Assembly: GCA_963741955.1 (NCBI GenBank)
Contig: CAVUKB010000011.1
Location: 1-10,532 of the forward strand
From: an uncultured Acidobacteriota bacterium
Lineage (GTDB): Bacteria; Acidobacteriota; Thermoanaerobaculia; Gp7-AA8
DNA length: 10,532 nt
Direction: 5' to 3'
Positions 6,156 to 10,532 of the stretch are shown piece after piece (the first letter of the stretch is position 1; the number at the start of each line of letters is the position of its first letter). The notes under the pieces were generated by a model, which searched no databases, was not told the origin of the DNA, and saw only the letters and a program-made list of their open reading frames with translations. A program made the translations under genes and the position numbers.

Positions 6156-7436
6156 GTGCAACGCATTTCGAATCACTTACGGATCGCGCTCGCGACTCTC
6201 GTCGTGGCCCTCGTCCCCCTGATCGCAATTCCTCAGGTCACTTCCGATCAGGTTCCGCGCGAGCGGACCATCCCCCTCCGCCAGCAGATCGACGGGGAGA
6301 TGGCGGAGAGCCGCTTCCAGCTGGGGCCCATCCGACTCGAGCCGGAGCTGAACCTCAGGAACATCGGCTACGACAGTAACGTCTTCGGCACTCCCGAGAA
6401 CCCGGTTTCCGACTGGACTGCCACGGTCTCCGCCGGCGTCGACGCGCTCCTTCCCATCGGCCGCAAGCTCTACCTGCGCGGCGCCGTCCTCCCCGAGTAC
6501 ACCTGGTTCGCCGAGCTCAAGGACCGCCGCAACCTCGGCGGTCACTTCGACGGCGCCCTTCTCGCCCTCTTCAACCGGATGTCCCTGGAAGCGGGAGCCG
6601 GGAGCGACGAGTCGCTCGCGAACGTCAGCTCGGAGATTCAGCGACCAGTGGTCTCCAACACCAGCCGGGTCTACGCGAAGAGCGAGATCGACGTCCTTCG
6701 GAGGCTCTCCCTCTTCGGCGACTGGGAAGGCCACGACCTCAATTACGATCAGCCGGCCGACGCCGGCAATGCGTACGACGTCACTCTCCTCGACCGCCGC
6801 GATACCGTCGCCCGCGGCGGGATTCGTTATCATTTCCGCCCCTGGTTCGACATCGCCGTCGGCGCCGAAAAGACCCGGGCCGAATTCGACAAACAGCCGG
6901 AGGTCCGCGACAACCAGTCGACCGCCACGGTGATCGGAATCCACTACGACCGTCCACGCTCATTTCTGGAGCTCTGGGCCGGCCAGCGCAAAGGTGAAGC
7001 ACTGAACGGATCGCAGTTTCCGACCTACAGCGGAACCACCGGGTCGTATTTCGCGTCGTACTTCCTGCGGAGGCGTCTGGAGCTACAGGCGTTCGGGAGC
7101 CGTTCGATCGTACCGGGGCTCTTCGTTGCGAACCCGTACTTCGTCGAGATCCGTAACGGCGCCGGCATCTCGTCGGCTGTCGGCTCGCGGACCACGCTCC
7201 GCCTCTATGGTGAGATCGGCACGAACGACTATCCGGTCGAGGTCGTGGTCGGAGGAGAGAACGTGACGAAGCGCGCGGACGACGTGAAGACCTACGGAGG
7301 CGGCTTCTCCTTCCGTCTCTTCCGGACCGTTCACCTCGTCATCGACGCATCCGAATCGAAGTACACGTCCAACATTTCCGGTTTCGACCGCTCCATCTTC
7401 CGGGTGACGAGCGGTCTTTCTTTCCGAGGAGACTGA
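6156..7436 (+). CDS. Outer-membrane beta-barrel protein, polysaccharide-export associated (BBP2/EpsX-like), 426 aa
   Basis: Signal peptide, 'NIGYDSNVF' motif near the N-terminus, alternating aromatic/Gly beta-strand pattern and final strand 'RVTSGLSF'. Lies directly upstream of wza/wzc. Confidence 0.75.
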   Translation: MQRISNHLRIALATLVVALVPLIAIPQVTSDQVPRERTIPLRQQIDGEMAESRFQLGPIRLEPELNLRNIGYDSNVFGTPENPVSDWTATVSAGVDALLPIGRKLYLRGAVLPEYTWFAELKDRRNLGGHFDGALLALFNRMSLEAGAGSDESLANVSSEIQRPVVSNTSRVYAKSEIDVLRRLSLFGDWEGHDLNYDQPADAGNAYDVTLLDRRDTVARGGIRYHFRPWFDIAVGAEKTRAEFDKQPEVRDNQSTATVIGIHYDRPRSFLELWAGQRKGEALNGSQFPTYSGTTGSYFASYFLRRRLELQAFGSRSIVPGLFVANPYFVEIRNGAGISSAVGSRTTLRLYGEIGTNDYPVEVVVGGENVTKRADDVKTYGGGFSFRLFRTVHLVIDASESKYTSNISGFDRSIFRVTSGLSFRGD

Positions 7437-7442
7437 TCCTTC

Positions 7443-8303
7443 ATGACCCTGGTGATCCATCCCCGTCATTCCTTCTACCGTACGGCTCTGCTCACGCTCG
7501 CCGCACTGACGATCCTCGTTCCTTCCTCCCTTCGCGCGCAGGATCCGGGCGAATACCGCCTCGGTCCGAAGGATCTGATCGAGATCAAGGTGCTCGAGAT
7601 CCCGGAGCTGAACATGGATCGCCGCGTCGGTGACGACGGTGACATCGACCTTCCGCTCCTCGGACAGTTTCCGGTTGCCGGACTCACCGCGAGCGAAGTT
7701 CGCGACAAGCTCGAGACGATCCTCCGCTCGAAATACGTGAACCGCGCAAACGTCTCCGTCATCATCAAGGAGTACGCGAACAAGCCCGTGTCGATCCTCG
7801 GCGCGGTCGAGCATCCCGGCTCACTCACCATCTCCGGCCGCTGGACACTTCTCCAGGCCATCTCCGCCGCCGGCGGCCTCGCCCAGAATGCAGGTAAGAA
7901 GATCTTCGTCATACGCCAGGGGACGAAGGGACTTTCGCAGACCCTCGAGATCAACGTCGCCGATCTCTTCACCGGCGCATCCACCTGGAACATTCCGATC
8001 TACCCGTCGGACGTGGTGAACATCCCGCCTCGTACCAAGGTGAACGTCTTCGTGCTCGGTGAAGTCCGCACTCCCGGAGCGCTCGAGTTCTCCAGCGACG
8101 ACCGCCTCACTCTTCTCTCTGTCATCGCGAAGGCAGGCGGGCTCTCCGACCGCGCCTCCAAGCACATCCGGATCAAGCGGCGAGGTTCGGATGGGAAAGA
8201 CCAGGAGCTGCAGGCCGATTACAACCGGATCGTTTCCGGCCGGGACAAAGATCCCGAGATCAAACCCGACGACGTAGTGATCGTAAAGGCATCGTTCTTC
8301 TGA
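7443..8303 (+). CDS. wza: Polysaccharide export OPX protein (Poly_export + SLBB domains), short form, 286 aa
   Basis: EYRLGPKDLIEIKV...RVGDDGDIDLPLLGQFPVAGLT (PES domain). SLBB repeats VSILGAVEHPG..TLLQAISAAGGL and VFVLGEVRTPG..LLSVIAKAGGL. The stop overlaps the next ATG (TGATG). Confidence 0.88.
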   Translation: MTLVIHPRHSFYRTALLTLAALTILVPSSLRAQDPGEYRLGPKDLIEIKVLEIPELNMDRRVGDDGDIDLPLLGQFPVAGLTASEVRDKLETILRSKYVNRANVSVIIKEYANKPVSILGAVEHPGSLTISGRWTLLQAISAAGGLAQNAGKKIFVIRQGTKGLSQTLEINVADLFTGASTWNIPIYPSDVVNIPPRTKVNVFVLGEVRTPGALEFSSDDRLTLLSVIAKAGGLSDRASKHIRIKRRGSDGKDQELQADYNRIVSGRDKDPEIKPDDVVIVKASFF

Positions 8304-10532
8304 TGAGCAAACAGCCCGAATTCTTCGACGACGAGCTTCTCACCGACGAATCATCCCAGCGGGAGGTGCATCTCTCCGAGTATTGGAACGTCATCGTCAA
8401 GCGCCGCCGCCTGATTACTCTCGCCGTTCTGGTCGCGGTGGTCTTCGCTGCGGTCGTCTCCCTGATGACGACGCCTCTCTACAAGGCGAATGCGACGCTG
8501 AGCGTCTCTCCCGAGTCGGCGACGCCGTTCGACATCGCGATGACCCAGCCCGTCTTCGAACGGTACAACCCGGAGTTCCTCGCGACGCAGACCCGCCTGA
8601 TCCGAAGCCGCCAGATCGCCGAGCAGGTGGTCGACCGGCTCAAGCTCACTGAAAATTCGGAGTTCTTCGAGAAAAAGAGCGGCGCGTTCCAGAGCGCGGG
8701 ACAGAGCGATCCCGATTCTGCCACCAGCGACCGGATCGTCGCCGCGATCCGCGTCCAGAGCGGGATCGAGACCACGCCTGTTCGTGGCACCGATCTGGTC
8801 GAGCTTTCCTACACGTCCACCTCTCCGAAGCTCGCCGCGGAGATCGCGAACGCGGTCGCCGAGTCGTACATCGAATGGAGTCTCGAAACGAAGTACGGAG
8901 CTCTCGGGCAGGCCTCTCGTTTTCTCTCCGGACAGATCGAGCAGCTCAAGGCGGAGCTCGACGACAAGGAGAAGAAGCTCCAGGCGTACTCGCAGCGGAC
9001 GGACATCGTCTCCGTCGACCCCACCACAAACATCACGTTGCAGAAGCTCGAGTCGCTGAACAAAGATTATGCCGCCGCCGTCGCGGACCGCGTCGACAAG
9101 GAAGCGCGCTACTACCAGCTCCAGAACGCGAAACCGGAATCGATCGCCGACTCCCTCTCCAGCGGGCTGGTCGCCCAGCTCCGTAACGACCAGGCGAAGC
9201 TCGAGCGCGACTACGCCGAGAAGCTGAACCTCTTCAAGCCCGAGTGGCCGGCCATGCAGCAGCTCAAGGCGCAGATCGACAAGGGGCGGCAGAACCTCGA
9301 CGAGGTGATGCAGGAGACCATCGCGAAGGCACGCGACGTCGCGCGAAACGACTACCTCACTGCACGCCGCCGGGAAGAGAACCTCAAGGCGGTCCTGCAG
9401 GGACAGAAAACTGAAGCGATGGCGCTCAACAGCAACGCCGTCGAGTACAACAACCTGAAGACAGAGGTCGAGACCAAGCGCGCCCTCCTCGATCTCCTCC
9501 TCAAGCGCCAGGCCGAGACGGAGATCAATTCGCGTCTCCGCGGAGAGCGCGTCTCGAATATCAGGGTCGTCGACCGAGCGCTCCCGCCGAACGTCCGCTT
9601 CCGTCCCAGTTACCGCCGCAACGGCATGCTCGCCCTCTTCCTCGGCGCGCTCGCCGGACTCGGACTCGCGTTTCTCCTCGAGTACCTCGACCGCAGCATC
9701 CGCACTCCGGAGCAGATCGAGTCGATCCTCCGCCTCCCGCCGCTCGGCATCATTCCCGCGGTCGGCGACGCGAACGGCAAAGGTTACGGCTACGGCTACG
9801 GGAAGTACTTCCGGAAGCGGAAGGGCAAACAGGGGCCGAAGCCACCGGGCGAGGATTCGGGAACGTCGAACTTCTTCCGCACACCCACCCCCGCGCGGTC
9901 GTCGCCGAAGCGTATCGCGCGTTCCGCGCATCGCTCCTCCTCTCCCGTGCCGGCGGGCTCAAGTCGATGGTCATCTCCTCGAGTCTTCCCGGCGAAGGGA
10001 AGTCGGCCACCGCGGTCAACCTCGCCGCGGTGCTCGGACAGCTCGGAAAGAAAGTCCTTCTCATCGACGCGGACCTCCACAAGCCGCGCATACACGAGAT
10101 CCTCAAGATGTCCAACCGGCAGGGACTCACGTCCATCCTGGCGATGAACGCGAAAGCGGCAGAGATCATCCAGCAGACGCAGATCCCGGCAGTCTGGGCG
10201 GTTCCGCCGGACCCAACTCACCCAATCCTTCCGGTCTTCTCGCTTCCGACGCGATGAAGCGGTTCCTCGAGTTCGCGTTCGAGAACTTCGACTACGTTCT
10301 CCTCGACACCCCTCCGCTCTCCCTCGTCGCCGACGCGATGATCCTCGGCGCCGCCACCGACGGCCTTGTGCTCACCATCCACGGCGGCAAGACCCCCCGC
10401 GAGCAGATCCTCCGCGTCCGGGACATGCTCCAGCGCGGCAACGTCCGAATCCTCGGCGTCCTCCTCAACAACCTCCGCGAAGACGCCGGCGGCTACGGTC
10501 AGTACTACTACTACGGCTACTCGTACGGCTAC
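8303..10532 (+). CDS. wzc: Polysaccharide co-polymerase / BY-kinase (Wzc/GumC family), frameshifted twice, 3' end runs off the window
   Basis: Wzz-type N-terminus (HLSEYWNVIVKRR + TM), coiled coil, IRVVDRA..P, second TM, LEYLDRSIRT. After a -1 shift near 9860: AEAYRAFRASL, Walker A PGEGKS, Walker A' LLIDAD. After a second -1 shift near 10205: PNPSGLL, Walker B VLLDTPP and the Tyr cluster YGQYYYYGYSYGY. Confidence 0.9.

Noticed and set aside
4112-6379. Long ORFs across the repeat array (e.g. 4408-5838, 476 aa)
   Set aside because: Unit lengths (215, 216, 222, 46) shift frame, so the same peptide appears in all three frames. These are stop-poor GC-rich repeats with no RBS or domain signal.
6177-9931. 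Long minus-strand ORFs (6177-6944, 7083-7814, 8351-9931)
   Set aside because: Antisense shadows of high-GC3 plus-strand genes with no recognisable motifs.
9967-10257. Separate CapB/CpsD-like kinase gene (96 aa)
   Set aside because: Too short and lacks Walker B. Homology continues on both sides in other frames, so it is a frameshifted segment of wzc.

Overview
GC-rich bacterial window with three zones. (1) 7-3457: a complete group II intron (GTGCG 5' end, DV/DVI, AT 3' end). Its En-less RT/maturase ORF is split by an intact IS1182-family element (15-bp perfect TIRs, CTAG duplication), and removing the IS restores one in-frame 442-aa ORF. (2) A secreted Cys-rich protein gene (3654-4304), then a ~1.67-kb non-coding array of REP/REPIN-like palindromic units (six 215-222-bp units plus 46-bp modules). 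(3) The start of a Wzx/Wzy-type polysaccharide export operon: outer-membrane beta-barrel, short Wza/OPX and a Wzc-like BY-kinase with two -1 frameshifts, probably sequencing errors. Main observation: joining the intron's exons gives GCACCC|CTCGGAGG, a 13/14 match to the reverse complement of the REP unit's foot region. A domain I loop (GGUGUGG) is complementary to that REP sequence. This suggests a REP-targeting group II intron, nested as REP > intron > IS.
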